64,000 nt of DNA, taken from assembly GCA_012521185.1 (NCBI GenBank), contig JAAYMV010000116.1, positions 107 through 64,106 on the forward strand, in the 5' to 3' direction. The DNA is from Bacillota bacterium. GTDB taxonomy: Bacteria; Bacillota; Limnochordia; Darwinibacteriales; DTU012. Positions 10,363 to 21,637 of the stretch are shown here, piece after piece. The translations under genes were made by a program, and so were the position numbers. A model generated the notes under the pieces. That model did not search any database and was not told where the DNA came from. It saw only the letters and a program-made list of their open reading frames with translations. The first letter of the stretch is position 1. Each line of letters opens with the position of its first letter.

Positions 10363-11385
10363 TTGTTAGATGAGCGAAAAATACTGATTTTGCAGGCAGT
10401 TGTTCATGACTATATCCAATCTGCAGAGCCTGTTGGGTCACGCACCATTGCTCGCAGATATAATTTAGGAATCTCCCCGGCAACAATTCGTAATGAAATG
10501 TCTGATTTAGAAGAAATAGGATATATAGTTCAACCCCATGTTTCTGCCGGTCGGATTCCTTCAGATAAGGGTTATCGCTTTTATGTCGATGTACTGATGA
10601 AGCCAGAGCGAATTTCAGAAGAGTTTCGCCGCCAAATTTATCGTCAATTAGCAAGCAAGTATCGTGAAGTAGAACAATTACTCCAAGAAACAACCAAGAT
10701 CTTGTCTTTATTAACAAATTACATCGCTTTAGTTGTTGCCCCTCATGTTGATGCTTGTGTGCTTAAACATATCCAGTTGATTCCCATTGATGAAAGCTAT
10801 ATCTTGGTAGTTTTAGTGATGAGTCCTGGATTTGTTCACAATAAAATTATTGAAGTTAATACTCGATACACCATGGAGGAGCTAGTTGTTATTTCGACTG
10901 AATTAACAAAGCTATTACGTGGAATTGCTTATCGAGATATTGGTGTTACTTTAATTAAAGATATTAAAGATCAGTTTGGCGATATTGGATTAGCTTTATT
11001 AGATTTAATATCAGAAGAGTTAGCCCACTCAAATTTGGAACAACTTTATTTTCATGGTACACTCCAGATGTTTAACCAACCAGAATTTAAGGATGTGGAA
11101 AAAGCTAAAGCATTACTGGAAATCTTAGAAGCAAAAGAATTACTTGCCGATTTGTTAACTGAACTAGGTAAAAATTCTGGAGTGCAAGTAAGAATTGGTC
11201 AGGAAAATCCTCATAGTGCTATGCAGGAATATAGTTTAGTCACATCTACCTATGGTATAGGTGGAGAGGTTATAGGTTCGATAGGTGTTATTGGTCCGAC
11301 TCGAATGGAATATGCTAAAGTATTCTCATCAGTTGAGTTAATGGCCAATATTTTAAGTCAAGCTTTAACTGAACTAGTTAAATAA
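10363..11385 (+). CDS. hrcA: heat-inducible transcription repressor HrcA
   Basis: TTG start after AAGGGAGG. The HrcA family N-terminal wHTH (ILQAVVHDYI) sits immediately downstream of CIRCE. Confidence 0.9.
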   Translation: MLDERKILILQAVVHDYIQSAEPVGSRTIARRYNLGISPATIRNEMSDLEEIGYIVQPHVSAGRIPSDKGYRFYVDVLMKPERISEEFRRQIYRQLASKYREVEQLLQETTKILSLLTNYIALVVAPHVDACVLKHIQLIPIDESYILVVLVMSPGFVHNKIIEVNTRYTMEELVVISTELTKLLRGIAYRDIGVTLIKDIKDQFGDIGLALLDLISEELAHSNLEQLYFHGTLQMFNQPEFKDVEKAKALLEILEAKELLADLLTELGKNSGVQVRIGQENPHSAMQEYSLVTSTYGIGGEVIGSIGVIGPTRMEYAKVFSSVELMANILSQALTELVK

Positions 11386-11446
11386 TGATAGAAATGATTA
11401 GTTAACAGCCTAAATATTAGGCTGTCAACTAAGTCAGGGAGGTGTA

Positions 11447-12031
11447 GTGGTGGGTTCAGAATACGAAAAACAAATCGAGGAACAGCAGACCACAGCAGAG
11501 GACGCAGTTGATGAATCACAAGCTGAACAAGCTCAAGCTGATTCCACAGAGGGGGATAATGCCTCAGTGGACAATGAACGAAACGCTTGGGAACGTGAAA
11601 AAGAAGAATTAGTAAACAAATTTTTAAGATTACAGGCTGATTTTGCAAATTATAAACGCCGTAATGAAGAATCAATTGAGCAAATTCGCTTGACTGCTAA
11701 CGAGAGCTTAGTTTTTGAACTGTTATCTGTAATTGATAATTTTGAGTTAGCGATTAATTCAGCTACAGAGGAGACATCATTTGTGACTGGTGTAAAAATG
11801 ATTTACCAGCAACTCATGGATTGTCTGGAAAAAGCTGGATTACAAGCTCTTAATGCAGTTGGGAAGCCTTTTGATCCGAATTTTCATGCAGCTGTCATCA
11901 ACGAAGGTGACACCAATGGTGAATTAATCGTAACTGCAGAATTGAAAAAAGGATATCTATTTAAGGGCAAATTATTACGAGAAAGTATGGTAAAAGTAGG
12001 CCCGAAACAGCAAGAGGAGGACGAAGAATAA
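11447..12031 (+). CDS. grpE: nucleotide exchange factor GrpE
   Basis: Acidic N-terminus, a coiled coil and the GrpE C-terminal domain. Located between hrcA and dnaK. Confidence 0.9.
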   Translation: MVGSEYEKQIEEQQTTAEDAVDESQAEQAQADSTEGDNASVDNERNAWEREKEELVNKFLRLQADFANYKRRNEESIEQIRLTANESLVFELLSVIDNFELAINSATEETSFVTGVKMIYQQLMDCLEKAGLQALNAVGKPFDPNFHAAVINEGDTNGELIVTAELKKGYLFKGKLLRESMVKVGPKQQEEDEE

Positions 12032-13875
12032 TGGGTAAAGTTATTGGAATTGACTTAGGTACTACGAATTCAGTTGTAGCAGCAATGGAAGGTGGAGAAC
12101 CGATTATTATACCTAACGCAGAGGGTGGTCGTACTACTCCTTCTGTTGTGGCTTTTACTCAAAATGGCGAACGTTTAGTCGGTCAAGTAGCTAAACGTCA
12201 AGCAGTTACCAACCCAGAGCGGACAATTATGTCCATTAAGAGGCATATGGGAACTGACTATAAAAAAAGAATTGATGATAAAGATTATACACCGCAAGAA
12301 ATTTCGGCGATGATTCTGCGTAAGCTTAAGGAAGAAGCTGAAAATTATTTAGGTGAAACTGTTTCTAAAGCAGTTATTACAGTTCCTGCATATTTTACTG
12401 ACGCTCAGCGCCAAGCTACCAAGGACGCTGGTACAATTGCTGGTTTAGAAGTACTTAGAATTATTAATGAACCTACTGCAGCTTCTGTTGCATACGGTTT
12501 AGACAAACAAGAAGAACAAACTGTTTTAGTTTATGACTTAGGTGGTGGAACCTTCGACGTTTCCATTCTTGAATTAGACGAAGGTTATATCGGTGTAAAA
12601 GCTACTAGCGGTAACAACCAACTAGGTGGCGATGACTTTGACCAAAGAATTATGGACTATTTAGTAGCTGAGTTCAAAAAAGAAACTGGTATTGATTTAG
12701 GCAAAGATCGGATGGCTGTCCAAAGATTGAAAGAAGCTGCCGAGAAAGCTAAAATTGAATTATCTGGATTACCGCAAACAAACATTAACTTGCCATTTAT
12801 TAGTGCCAATGAGTCTGGACCCCTTCACTTAGATATTACCTTAACTAGAGCCAAATTTAACGAATTAACTGCTGATTTAGTGGAAGCAACCATGGGACCA
12901 ACTCGTCAAGCTTTACAAGATGCTGGATTACAACCTGGTGACATTGATCGGGTTATTCTAGTCGGTGGATCCACAAGAATTCCAGCTGTCCAAGAAGCCA
13001 TCAAAAACTTAATGGGCAAAGAGCCTTATAAAGGTATCAACCCTGACGAATGTGTTGCTTTAGGTGCAGCAATTCAAGCTGGTATGTTAGCAGGTGAGTT
13101 TGAACAAGGTGAAGGTTTAGTATTAGTAGACGTTACCCCATTATCTTTAGGAATTGAAACTCTTGGCGGAGTAATGACTACCTTAATCGAACGGAATACA
13201 AGCATTCCTTGTCGTGAGTCAAAAATCTTTACTACCGCTGCTGACAATCAACCAGCAGTAGACATTCATGTGCTTCAAGGTGAACGGCCAATGGCTGCTG
13301 ATAACGTAACCTTAGGTCGTTTTCAACTAACAGGTATTCCGCCTGCGCCACGAGGAGTACCTCAAATTGAGGTAACTTTTGATATTGACCGTAACGGCAT
13401 TGTAAATGTTTCTGCTAAAGATCTGGGTACCGGTAAAGAACAAAAAATTACAGTTACTTCTTCTGGCGGATTAAGCAAAGAAGAAATAGAGAAAATGGTA
13501 AAAGATGCTGAAGCACATGCGGAAGAAGATAAAAAACGCCGTGAATTAATTGAATTACGTAACCAAGCTGATAATGCCATTTATTCTGTTGAAAAAACTA
13601 TCAATGAGTTAGGCGATAAAGTAACAGAGGAAGAAAAAACTAAGATTAATCAAGCTAAAGAAGAATTACAAAAAGCTAGTGAAGGTGAAGATATTGAGGA
13701 GCTAAAAACCAAACTAGAAGCTTTCAATCAAGTATTACATCAAATGTCCGCTAAATTATACGAACAAGCACAGGCTCAAGCACAAGCTCAAGGAAACACT
13801 GAGGCAAGTGGCCAAACCACTGCTGAGGAGGACGTGGTTGATGCCGAGTTTACAGAAGAAAACGATGACAAATAA
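12031..13875 (+). CDS. dnaK: chaperone DnaK (Hsp70)
   Basis: Hsp70 signatures [16 protein letters not shown] and [11 protein letters not shown]. Confidence 0.97.
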   Translation: MGKVIGIDLGTTNSVVAAMEGGEPIIIPNAEGGRTTPSVVAFTQNGERLVGQVAKRQAVTNPERTIMSIKRHMGTDYKKRIDDKDYTPQEISAMILRKLKEEAENYLGETVSKAVITVPAYFTDAQRQATKDAGTIAGLEVLRIINEPTAASVAYGLDKQEEQTVLVYDLGGGTFDVSILELDEGYIGVKATSGNNQLGGDDFDQRIMDYLVAEFKKETGIDLGKDRMAVQRLKEAAEKAKIELSGLPQTNINLPFISANESGPLHLDITLTRAKFNELTADLVEATMGPTRQALQDAGLQPGDIDRVILVGGSTRIPAVQEAIKNLMGKEPYKGINPDECVALGAAIQAGMLAGEFEQGEGLVLVDVTPLSLGIETLGGVMTTLIERNTSIPCRESKIFTTAADNQPAVDIHVLQGERPMAADNVTLGRFQLTGIPPAPRGVPQIEVTFDIDRNGIVNVSAKDLGTGKEQKITVTSSGGLSKEEIEKMVKDAEAHAEEDKKRRELIELRNQADNAIYSVEKTINELGDKVTEEEKTKINQAKEELQKASEGEDIEELKTKLEAFNQVLHQMSAKLYEQAQAQAQAQGNTEASGQTTAEEDVVDAEFTEENDDK

Positions 13876-13889
13876 AGGTGGTGTAATTC

Positions 13890-15020
13890 GTGGCCAAACA
13901 AGATTACTATGATATATTAGGAGTTCCCCGCGGAGCTTCTGAAGATGAAATAAAGAAAGCCTACCGACGTTTGGCCCGTAAGTATCACCCTGATGTGAAT
14001 CATGAGCCAGGTGCAGAGGAAAAATTTAAGGAGATAAATGAAGCCTATAGAATATTAAGTGATCCCGAGCAAAAAGCTAAATATGATCAATTTGGTCATG
14101 CAGCTTTTGAAAATGGCGGTATGGGTCAGGGAGGGTTCGGAGGCTTCGATGGCTTTGGTGGTTTTGGATTTGATGATCTAGGCGATATTTTTAGCAGCTT
14201 TTTTGGTGGAACTTCCCGAGCCTCAAATCGCCCACAACGGGGGTCTGACTTACGTTATGAAATGACCATCGAGTTTGAGGAAGCAGCTTTTGGTATAGAA
14301 AAAACTATTGAAATTCCTCGCACTGAGATTTGTCCACATTGTCATGGAAACCAGGCTGAACCAGGAACACCAATTAAGACCTGTCCAGACTGTAATGGAA
14401 CTGGTCAACAACGTTTGGTGCAACAGACTCCTTTTGGCCAGATTCAAACTAGTAGGACTTGTTCACGTTGTCAAGGGCAAGGTAAAACATTTGAAAAACC
14501 TTGTACTGAATGTCAAGGCCAAGGTCGTGTTCGGAAAATGCGGCGCATTAATGTAAAAATACCTGCTGGTATTGATGATGGTCAAATTGTACGCTTATCA
14601 GGCCAGGGTGAAGCAGGTACCCGCGGTGGTCCTGCTGGTGATTTACAAATTATTGTTCGTGTTAAGCCACACAAAATCTTTAAACGTCAAGGCAACAATG
14701 TAATTTGCGAAGTTCCAATTACTTTTGTGCAGGCTGCTTTAGGTGATGAAATAGAAGTACCAACCTTAGAAGGTTCAGTTAAAATGAAAGTAGCCGAGGG
14801 CACACAAAGCGGTAAAATATTCCGTCTTCGAGGAAAAGGGATTCAAGATGTTCGAGGTTATGGTCGGGGTGATCAATTAGTACAAATTAAAGTGGTTACT
14901 CCAACGAAATTGACTAGCAGGCAGAAAGAGTTGTTACGACAGTTTGCTAGTGAGCGAGGAGAGTCTCATCCTGAAGAATCGAAAAGCTTTTTTGAAAAGG
15001 TGAAAGATGCTTTAAAGTAA
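13890..15020 (+). CDS. dnaJ: chaperone DnaJ (Hsp40)
   Basis: J domain with HPD, a G/F-rich region and four CxxCxGxG zinc-finger repeats. Confidence 0.95.
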   Translation: MAKQDYYDILGVPRGASEDEIKKAYRRLARKYHPDVNHEPGAEEKFKEINEAYRILSDPEQKAKYDQFGHAAFENGGMGQGGFGGFDGFGGFGFDDLGDIFSSFFGGTSRASNRPQRGSDLRYEMTIEFEEAAFGIEKTIEIPRTEICPHCHGNQAEPGTPIKTCPDCNGTGQQRLVQQTPFGQIQTSRTCSRCQGQGKTFEKPCTECQGQGRVRKMRRINVKIPAGIDDGQIVRLSGQGEAGTRGGPAGDLQIIVRVKPHKIFKRQGNNVICEVPITFVQAALGDEIEVPTLEGSVKMKVAEGTQSGKIFRLRGKGIQDVRGYGRGDQLVQIKVVTPTKLTSRQKELLRQFASERGESHPEESKSFFEKVKDALK

Positions 15021-15021
15021 T

Positions 15022-15047
15022 AAGGCGGTAATTCCGCCTTATTTTTG
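15022..15047 (+). terminator. rho-independent terminator after dnaJ
   Basis: AGGCGG...CCGCCT hairpin followed by TTATTTTTG. Confidence 0.6.
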
Positions 15048-15081
15048 CTAAAAATATCTTTTAGGGAGGTGTGCCCTTAAA

Positions 15082-16002
15082 ATGAGTAACTATTGGCAAG
15101 AAGTTCAGATAGTAATTCATCGGGAAGCACATGAAGCCATGACCGAAATATTGCTTAATGAAGGAGCACAGGGGGTAGCTATTGAAGATGACTTATTACT
15201 ACGGCAAGCGAAAGAATTAAGATGGGGCGATTATGTGCCGGAGGTAGAAATCACCGATTATGTAACCATTAAAGCTTATTTTTTCCAGCCTAAATCAGAA
15301 GTAGAGTTAGCCGAACTGAAAGAAAAGGGCTATCAGTTGCAAGAATATGGTTTGCAAGTAGGTGACTTGGAGATTGCTAGTCAGATGATTAAGGAAGAGG
15401 AGTGGGCCAATGCTTGGAAGGCTTATTATCATCCTACGGTAATTGGCAATGTTGTAATTCAACCAACCTGGCAAGAATATATACCTGAACCAAATCAAGT
15501 GGTTATTCAATTAGATCCAGGAATGGCGTTTGGGTCGGGAACCCATGAAACTACTGCTATGTGTATTGAGGCCTTACAAAAAGTATCCTTAAAGGATAAA
15601 GTGGTTTGGGATATTGGGACAGGTTCAGGTATTCTGGCTATTGTGGCTGCCAAACTAGGTGCAAAGCAAATTTTTGCTGTGGATACAGATCCAGTGGCTG
15701 TTAAGGTTAGTGGGGAAAATGCTGAATTAAATGGCGTAGACTTTGCGCGCAAACAGGGAACTATTGATGTTCTTAGTGGACAGGCTGATTTAATAATTGC
15801 TAATATTATTGCTGATGTGATTATGGATATCTTACCGCAGGTGGCTAAATCTTTAGCAGGTAACGGTTTGTTTTTTGCTTCTGGAATAATTCAAGAAAGA
15901 GCAGAGGAAGTAAAAAACCTTGCTTTAAAACTAGGCTTAAGCCTAGAGTTTCAGAATAAACAGGGTGAATGGGTATTTTATTGTTTTGGCCGAAAGGAGT
16001 AA
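15082..16002 (+). CDS. prmA: ribosomal protein L11 methyltransferase
   Basis: PrmA family with the SAM-binding motif DIGTGSGILAI. Follows dnaJ as in Bacillus. Confidence 0.85.
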   Translation: MSNYWQEVQIVIHREAHEAMTEILLNEGAQGVAIEDDLLLRQAKELRWGDYVPEVEITDYVTIKAYFFQPKSEVELAELKEKGYQLQEYGLQVGDLEIASQMIKEEEWANAWKAYYHPTVIGNVVIQPTWQEYIPEPNQVVIQLDPGMAFGSGTHETTAMCIEALQKVSLKDKVVWDIGTGSGILAIVAAKLGAKQIFAVDTDPVAVKVSGENAELNGVDFARKQGTIDVLSGQADLIIANIIADVIMDILPQVAKSLAGNGLFFASGIIQERAEEVKNLALKLGLSLEFQNKQGEWVFYCFGRKE

Positions 16003-16007
16003 ACCGC

Positions 16008-16748
16008 TTGACCAAGATTTTTATCCCATCAAAAGACTTTTTTACTACCCAAGCAATTATCAAGGGTGAAGACGCCCATCATTTGTCAATAGTCTTACGA
16101 AAAAAAGTAGGAGATCACTTTTTGTTGGGCGTAAATAACCAGACTTTTTTAGTTGAAATTACGGAAATAGAGCGTAACCAGGTTAAGGTGGCAGTTGTGG
16201 ATGAGATTGTTACAAATAATGAGTCGCCTGTTTATACTCGGCTTTTTCAAGGTTTAGCAAAAGGCAGTAAGTTAGATTTTGTCATTGAAAAAGCTGTTGA
16301 ATTAGGTGTGAATGAAATTATCCCCTTTACATCTCGCTATACAGTAGTAAAATTAACAGAGGACAAAAAACGTTCTCGCCTTCAAAGATGGACAAAAATA
16401 GCACATGAGGCTGCTAAGCAGTGCAAACGCGATGCCTTACCGATTGTTCAGCCAGTAATTACTTTTGAAGAGTTAATTCAACAACTTGCTCAGACTGAGT
16501 CAGATCATTTACGGCTGTTAGCATATGAAAAAGCAGAAGATCAAGGATTAAAAGCTCTAGCTAATTTACAACCTAAGCAAGTTAGTATTGTTGTTGGTGC
16601 TGAAGGTGGATTTTCAGAAGCTGAAGTAGCAAGTTTTTCTCAGATTGGTGGCAAGATCATTACTTTAGGAAATCGGATTTTGCGAACAGAAACTGCTGGT
16701 ATTGCCTGCTTAGCAATGATTCAATATTTATGGGGTGATTTAGGATGA
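16008..16748 (+). CDS. rsmE: 16S rRNA (uracil1498-N3)-methyltransferase RsmE
   Basis: RsmE/YqeU family. The likely start is TTG at 16008 after AAGGAG; the ORF track begins at an in-frame upstream ATG (15969) inside prmA. Confidence 0.8.
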   Translation: MTKIFIPSKDFFTTQAIIKGEDAHHLSIVLRKKVGDHFLLGVNNQTFLVEITEIERNQVKVAVVDEIVTNNESPVYTRLFQGLAKGSKLDFVIEKAVELGVNEIIPFTSRYTVVKLTEDKKRSRLQRWTKIAHEAAKQCKRDALPIVQPVITFEELIQQLAQTESDHLRLLAYEKAEDQGLKALANLQPKQVSIVVGAEGGFSEAEVASFSQIGGKIITLGNRILRTETAGIACLAMIQYLWGDLG

Positions 16749-18055
16749 AAACAGTAGCCTTTCACACCTTAGGTTGTAAGGTTAATCAATATGATACAGA
16801 AGCAATTGCCACTCAATTTATAGAGGCAGGTTATGAAATAGTAGATTTTGATCAGCCAGCAGATGTGTTTGTTATTAACACTTGTACAGTTACAAATATG
16901 AGCGATCGAAAATCCAGACAAATGATTCGCCGTGCTAGTCGGAACAATCCACAGGCTAAGATTGTTGTTGTCGGTTGTTTTGCTCAAACTGCACCAGAAG
17001 AAGTTCAAGCAATACCAGGCGTTAATCTAGTGGTGGGTACCAACGATCGTGGTCAAATAGTTCAGTTAGTTGAGAAACTGGATCTAGATGAAGGTTATTC
17101 TTTAGTAGGTGAGATTTTCCAAGTAGATGATTTTGAAGAAATGTCGGTTACTAGTTTTCAAGGTAGAACTCGCGCATTTTTAAAAATCCAAGATGGCTGT
17201 AATCAGTTTTGCTCTTATTGCAAGGTTCCTTATGCAAGGGGTAAATCACGCAGTAGAAAGTCAGAGAATATTAAAGAGGAAGTTAATAATATAGTTAGCC
17301 AAGGATATCGGGAAATAGTTTTAACAGGCGTGCATTTGGGTGGTTATGGCAGTGATTTACAACCAGCTAGCTCTTTAGCTAAGATTACAGAACTTATCTC
17401 CCATATTCCTGGCGTGCAGCGAGTGCGGATTAGCTCAGTTGATCCGAATGAAATTGATCAGCACTTATTAGAGTTATTAGCAAATAACCCGCATGTTTGT
17501 CGTCATTTGCATATTCCGCTACAAAGCGGTAGCGATACTATTTTAGAGAAAATGCGTCGTAAATACCGAACGACTGATTATTTACAAATTGTGGAAAAAG
17601 CACGGGAATTAGTTCCTAATATAGCGCTTACAACTGATGTTATTGTAGGTTTTCCAGGGGAAAGCGATGAATTATTCCAAGAAACTTATGATTTTATTAA
17701 AAGTATTGGTTTTGCTAAATTACATGTATTTAAGTATTCGCCAAGAACTGGCACCCCAGCTGCTAGTTTCCCAGAACAAGTATCGAATGTTGATAAAGAA
17801 AGACGCAGCCATCAATTAATTCAGTTGTCCGATGAAATGGCTTTCCAATTCCATCAGCAGTTTTTAGGTGAAATCGTTGAAGTTTTAGTTGAAGGACAAG
17901 AATCGGATACGGTTACTGGATTTACTGATAATTATTTACGAGTTACTGGCAGTTTTACTAAAATTTCTGAAGAATTAGTTGGTCAGCTGGTAAAAGTGAA
18001 GATTAATTCAGTTGATGCACATCAATTAACAGGAATTTTAGTTGAAGATGTATAA
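16745..18055 (+). CDS. mtaB: tRNA methylthiotransferase MtaB (radical SAM, YqeV-like)
   Basis: MTTase N-terminal domain, radical SAM motif CNQFCSYC and a TRAM-like C-terminus. Confidence 0.8.
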   Translation: MKTVAFHTLGCKVNQYDTEAIATQFIEAGYEIVDFDQPADVFVINTCTVTNMSDRKSRQMIRRASRNNPQAKIVVVGCFAQTAPEEVQAIPGVNLVVGTNDRGQIVQLVEKLDLDEGYSLVGEIFQVDDFEEMSVTSFQGRTRAFLKIQDGCNQFCSYCKVPYARGKSRSRKSENIKEEVNNIVSQGYREIVLTGVHLGGYGSDLQPASSLAKITELISHIPGVQRVRISSVDPNEIDQHLLELLANNPHVCRHLHIPLQSGSDTILEKMRRKYRTTDYLQIVEKARELVPNIALTTDVIVGFPGESDELFQETYDFIKSIGFAKLHVFKYSPRTGTPAASFPEQVSNVDKERRSHQLIQLSDEMAFQFHQQFLGEIVEVLVEGQESDTVTGFTDNYLRVTGSFTKISEELVGQLVKVKINSVDAHQLTGILVEDV

Positions 18056-18079
18056 TTTTACAATGGAGCGGGGAAGGAG

Positions 18080-18433
18080 GTGTATTCGATGGCAAGGGAT
18101 TGTATCTTTTGTAAGATAGTTGAACGTGAGATTCCAGCAGAAATAGTCTATGAAACAGAAGATGTCTTGGCCTTTACGGATGCAAATCCTCAGGCTCCAG
18201 TTCATATTTTAGTGATACCGAAAGCACATATACCTGATTTTAACAGCATAGAACAAGAGCAACTTTATTTATTGTCTAGTGTAGGAGCAGCTATCCAAGA
18301 GTTAGCAAACAAGTTCTCTTTGGCTGACGGCTATCGGGTGGTAAATAATTGTGGTGAAAATGGTGGTCAAACTGTGGCTCACATCCATTTTCATTTATTG
18401 GGTGGGCGAAAATTAGGTTGGCCTCCAGGATAA
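18080..18433 (+). CDS. HIT-family nucleotide hydrolase (Hint-like)
   Basis: Histidine triad HIHFHLLGG. Confidence 0.8.
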   Translation: MYSMARDCIFCKIVEREIPAEIVYETEDVLAFTDANPQAPVHILVIPKAHIPDFNSIEQEQLYLLSSVGAAIQELANKFSLADGYRVVNNCGENGGQTVAHIHFHLLGGRKLGWPPG

Positions 18434-18438
18434 AAGAA

Positions 18439-18467
18439 TTGACCAGTCCATCTATATCATATATAAT
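18439..18467 (+). promoter_or_regulatory. sigma-A promoter for rpsU
   Basis: TTGACC at 18439-18444, a 17-nt spacer, then TATAAT at 18462-18467. Confidence 0.55.
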
Positions 18468-18516
18468 AAACAGGAATACTGTAATGTGTTAGTGATCTTG
18501 GAGGGAGGGATACTGA

Positions 18517-18699
18517 GTGGCTGAAGTTAAAGTTGGTAAAAATGAGTCCCTCGATAATGCTTTACGCCGTTTTAAAAAACAAGTAAGACTTGCCGGAGTT
18601 TTGACTGAGGCAAGAAAAAGGGAACAATATGAAAAACCTAGTGTTAGAAGAAAGAAAAAATCGGAAGCTGCACGTAAGCGTAATGCTAGATTTCGATAG
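18517..18699 (+). CDS. rpsU: 30S ribosomal protein S21
   Basis: 60-aa very basic protein of the S21 family. Confidence 0.9.
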   Translation: MAEVKVGKNESLDNALRRFKKQVRLAGVLTEARKREQYEKPSVRRKKKSEAARKRNARFR

Positions 18700-18707
18700 A
18701 CAAGATA

Positions 18708-18739
18708 AGCCTGATATCTTTTGATGTCAGGCTTTTTTT
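18708..18739 (+). terminator. rho-independent terminator after rpsU
   Basis: AGCCTGA...TCAGGCT hairpin followed by TTTTTTT. Confidence 0.65.
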
Positions 18740-18755
18740 GAAAAGGAGATGGCCT

Positions 18756-20066
18756 ATGAAAAGAACGGTTCTATTACCCTTATTGGTTTTAGTATTATTA
18801 ACCAGTATTTTAATAGGGCAGGTTAGTGCCACTCAGTCTACTCCCCAGCTAAACGCGGTTTACGTAATTAAAGTGGATGGCACAATAGAATTGGGACTTT
18901 CTCAGTTTGTTTTACGCGGTTTAAAACAGGCTGAAGAGTACAATGCAGCAGTCGTATTAGAAATCAATACATTTGGCGGAAGAGTAGATGCAGCGACAGA
19001 AATTCGTGATTATATTTTACGGATGCAAGTGCCAGTAATCGCTTTTGTACGAGAACGGGCTATTTCAGCTGGAGCGTTAATCACTATTGCAGCACCGCAT
19101 ATAGTTATGGCTCCAGGTAGTGCTATTGGCGCAGCCCAGCCCATACCATCCGATCCTAAAACAATTTCTGCATTGAGAGCAGAATTTGAAGCAACGGCTG
19201 AACGGAATGGTCGGAATCCGATTTATGCTGGTGCTATGGTTGATCCTGATGTGGTCATCGAAGGAGTAACTTACGAAGGAAAGGTTTTAACATTTAGGGC
19301 CGCTCAAGCTTTAGAGTATGGTTATACTGATTTATTAGCAGAAACTCGCCTTGATGTATTGGAACATTATGATTTAGAAGGATTGGAGGTAGTAGAACTA
19401 AAGCGTAACTGGGCGGAAAAAGTTGTTGGTTTTATTACCGCTCCAACTGTGAGTCAACTATTACTTACTTTAGGTATTCTTGGACTGTTGGTAGAAGTGA
19501 TCACTGTTGGTTGGGGAGTGCCTGGTACAATAGGGTTGGTTGCTATGGGATTGTTTTTTGGAGGTCGAATGTTAACTGGTTTAGTTGGTTTTGAGGTAGT
19601 TATTCTTTTTGTAATCGGTTTAGTATTGCTTGCTTTGGAAATATTTGTCATACCTGGATTTGGAATTGCCGGAATATTAGGTTTAGCTGCTTTATTTGCC
19701 AGTATTGTAATGGCGTACGGTAGTATTTCTACCGCTATTACCAGTATTACAATTGCTGTATTAATATCGATTGCAGTGATTGTTATCTTTTGGCGCAGAT
19801 TTAGAAAATCTTCAGGTTGGAGTAAGTTGATATTATTGAATCAGCCTGCTAAAACTGAAGAAGTCGCTCATACACAGGAAAAATATTCAGATTTAGTCGG
19901 TAAACAAGGAGTAGCGATTACGCCACTACGTCCAGCAGGTATCGCTTTAATAGATTCGGTTAGATATGATGTAGTATCAGAAGGCGGGTTTATTGCCAAC
20001 AATTCTAAAATCGAAGTTGTCAAAATAGAAGGATATCGGATCGTAGTAAGAGAAATTATGGATTAA
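18756..20066 (+). CDS. NfeD-family membrane protein (ClpP-like serine protease domain plus OB fold), YqeZ-like
   Basis: Signal/TM, a ClpP-like domain, several TM helices and a C-terminal OB domain. ATG at 18756 follows AAAGGAG; the ORF-track TTG at 18738 lies inside the rpsU terminator T-run. Confidence 0.75.
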   Translation: MKRTVLLPLLVLVLLTSILIGQVSATQSTPQLNAVYVIKVDGTIELGLSQFVLRGLKQAEEYNAAVVLEINTFGGRVDAATEIRDYILRMQVPVIAFVRERAISAGALITIAAPHIVMAPGSAIGAAQPIPSDPKTISALRAEFEATAERNGRNPIYAGAMVDPDVVIEGVTYEGKVLTFRAAQALEYGYTDLLAETRLDVLEHYDLEGLEVVELKRNWAEKVVGFITAPTVSQLLLTLGILGLLVEVITVGWGVPGTIGLVAMGLFFGGRMLTGLVGFEVVILFVIGLVLLALEIFVIPGFGIAGILGLAALFASIVMAYGSISTAITSITIAVLISIAVIVIFWRRFRKSSGWSKLILLNQPAKTEEVAHTQEKYSDLVGKQGVAITPLRPAGIALIDSVRYDVVSEGGFIANNSKIEVVKIEGYRIVVREIMD

Positions 20067-20097
20067 ATTAAAACTATTTTCACAAGGAGGTTAGATA

Positions 20098-21093
20098 ATG
20101 GAATTAATTCCATTGACGATTTTATTTTTTATAGTAGTCTTTGTGATTTTGTTGTTTAATTTTATTCCTGTTGGTCTGTGGATTTCAGCTTTAGCAGCTG
20201 GTGTAAATGTTAGTATTATTACATTAATCGGAATGCGCTTACGCCGCGTAGTACCTAATAAAATTATATTACCGTTAATAAAAGCGCAAAAAGCAGGTTT
20301 AGATGTTACCATTGATAAACTAGAATCTCACTATTTAGCTGGTGGTAATGTCGATCGGGTTGTGGATGCTTTAATTGCGGCTCAGCGGGCAAATATTCCT
20401 TTAACCTTCGAGACTGCTACAGCTATTGATTTAGCTGGTAGGAATGTGTTAGAAGCAGTACAAATGAGTGTAAATCCAAAAGTAATTGAGACGCCCACAA
20501 TTTCTGCCGTAGCTAAAAACGGAATTGAGTTAAAAGCAGTGGCAAGAGTTACAGTACGAGCTAATATTGAACGTTTAGTGGGTGGAGCTGGAGAAGCTAC
20601 GATCATTGCTCGTGTAGGGGAAGGTATTGTTACAACAGTTGGTTCACAAGAATCTCATACCGATGTATTAGAGAATCCAGATTTAATTTCTCAAACAGTG
20701 TTGAAAAAAGGATTAGATGCTGGTACTGCATTTGAGATTCTTTCTATCGATATTGCTGACGTAGATGTTGGGCGAAATATTGGGGCTCGGTTACAAATCG
20801 ACCAAGCAGAAGCGGATAAAAACATTGCCCAAGCTAAAGCCTCAGAACGGCGCTTTGCTGCTTTAGCTTTAGAGCAAGAAATGAAAGCTAAAGTAGAAGA
20901 GATGAGAGCGAATGTAATTGCTGCAGAAGCAGAAGTACCAAAAGCTATTGCTGCGGCGTTACGTGAAGGTAAATTGGGTGTTATGGATTATTATCAATTG
21001 CGCAATATCATGGCTGACACACAAATGCGTGAAACTATTGGGAAGGCTGGCTTAAGTTCTGAGCCTGAACATAAAGATGGCCAGAAATCTTAA
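20098..21093 (+). CDS. floA: flotillin-like protein FloA (SPFH/band-7 domain, YqfA-like)
   Basis: N-terminal TM, an SPFH domain and a C-terminal EA-rich coiled coil. Follows nfeD. Confidence 0.8.
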   Translation: MELIPLTILFFIVVFVILLFNFIPVGLWISALAAGVNVSIITLIGMRLRRVVPNKIILPLIKAQKAGLDVTIDKLESHYLAGGNVDRVVDALIAAQRANIPLTFETATAIDLAGRNVLEAVQMSVNPKVIETPTISAVAKNGIELKAVARVTVRANIERLVGGAGEATIIARVGEGIVTTVGSQESHTDVLENPDLISQTVLKKGLDAGTAFEILSIDIADVDVGRNIGARLQIDQAEADKNIAQAKASERRFAALALEQEMKAKVEEMRANVIAAEAEVPKAIAAALREGKLGVMDYYQLRNIMADTQMRETIGKAGLSSEPEHKDGQKS

Positions 21094-21112
21094 CTTTAAA
21101 GAGGTGTTTTAG

Positions 21113-21529
21113 ATGGGTAGATTTATATTGCCAACAGCTATTATTTTGTATATTATTGCTTCGATTGTTGGAGCAGTAATTAAGGCTTTAACGCCACCGC
21201 CACAACCAGTTCGGAGCTCTAGGCCTAAAATTGATCCAGAACCATCTGAATCAGCTGCGCTTTATGAAACTATAGAAAGTGAAATTCCATCTAAAACACC
21301 CAGGTTTGTTCCAGAAGAAGAGTTTGCTTCAGAGAATGATTATGATAACGATGACTTTTTTGAACAAGATTGGGTCGCTGCGGAAATCCAGCAAGAGCAG
21401 CAGGGCTTGCCTTTAGCTGGTGCTTCCCAGATTTCTAGGGTAAAAATGATTCGCCTGATGCAAGAAGGTTTTATTATGAGTGAGATTTTTCGTGAACCTC
21501 GTAGTCAAAGGCCGTGGCCTAATCGCTAG
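21113..21529 (+). CDS. hypothetical membrane-anchored acidic protein (YqfB position)
   Basis: N-terminal TM followed by a proline- and acid-rich low-complexity region. Sits in the yqeZ-yqfA-yqfB arrangement. Confidence 0.45.
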   Translation: MGRFILPTAIILYIIASIVGAVIKALTPPPQPVRSSRPKIDPEPSESAALYETIESEIPSKTPRFVPEEEFASENDYDNDDFFEQDWVAAEIQQEQQGLPLAGASQISRVKMIRLMQEGFIMSEIFREPRSQRPWPNR

Positions 21530-21532
21530 TGT

Positions 21533-21575
21533 AAACCCTAAGTAGGTAAACTTACTACTTAGGGTTTTTCTTTTT
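21533..21575 (+). terminator. rho-independent terminator
   Basis: AAACCCTAAGTAG...CTACTTAGGGTTT 13-bp stem followed by TTTTCTTTTT. Confidence 0.65.
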
Positions 21576-21637
21576 GGTTATGGTTTATTAGTTTTTAGCA
21601 TAGCTTTATAAAAGCGATTATTGTAGGAGGGATATCA

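Noticed and set aside
10292-10717. 141-aa minus-strand ORF overlapping CIRCE and the 5' end of hrcA
   Set aside because: It is antisense to a well-supported gene and spans an operator and promoter. It has no RBS and its composition is an artefact of the opposite-strand codon bias.
13730-13800. Short tandem repeat (CAGGCTCAAGCACAAGCTCAAGG) near the dnaK 3' end
   Set aside because: It encodes the low-complexity AQAQAQAQ linker common in DnaK C-termini. It is coding and not a regulatory or CRISPR-like repeat.
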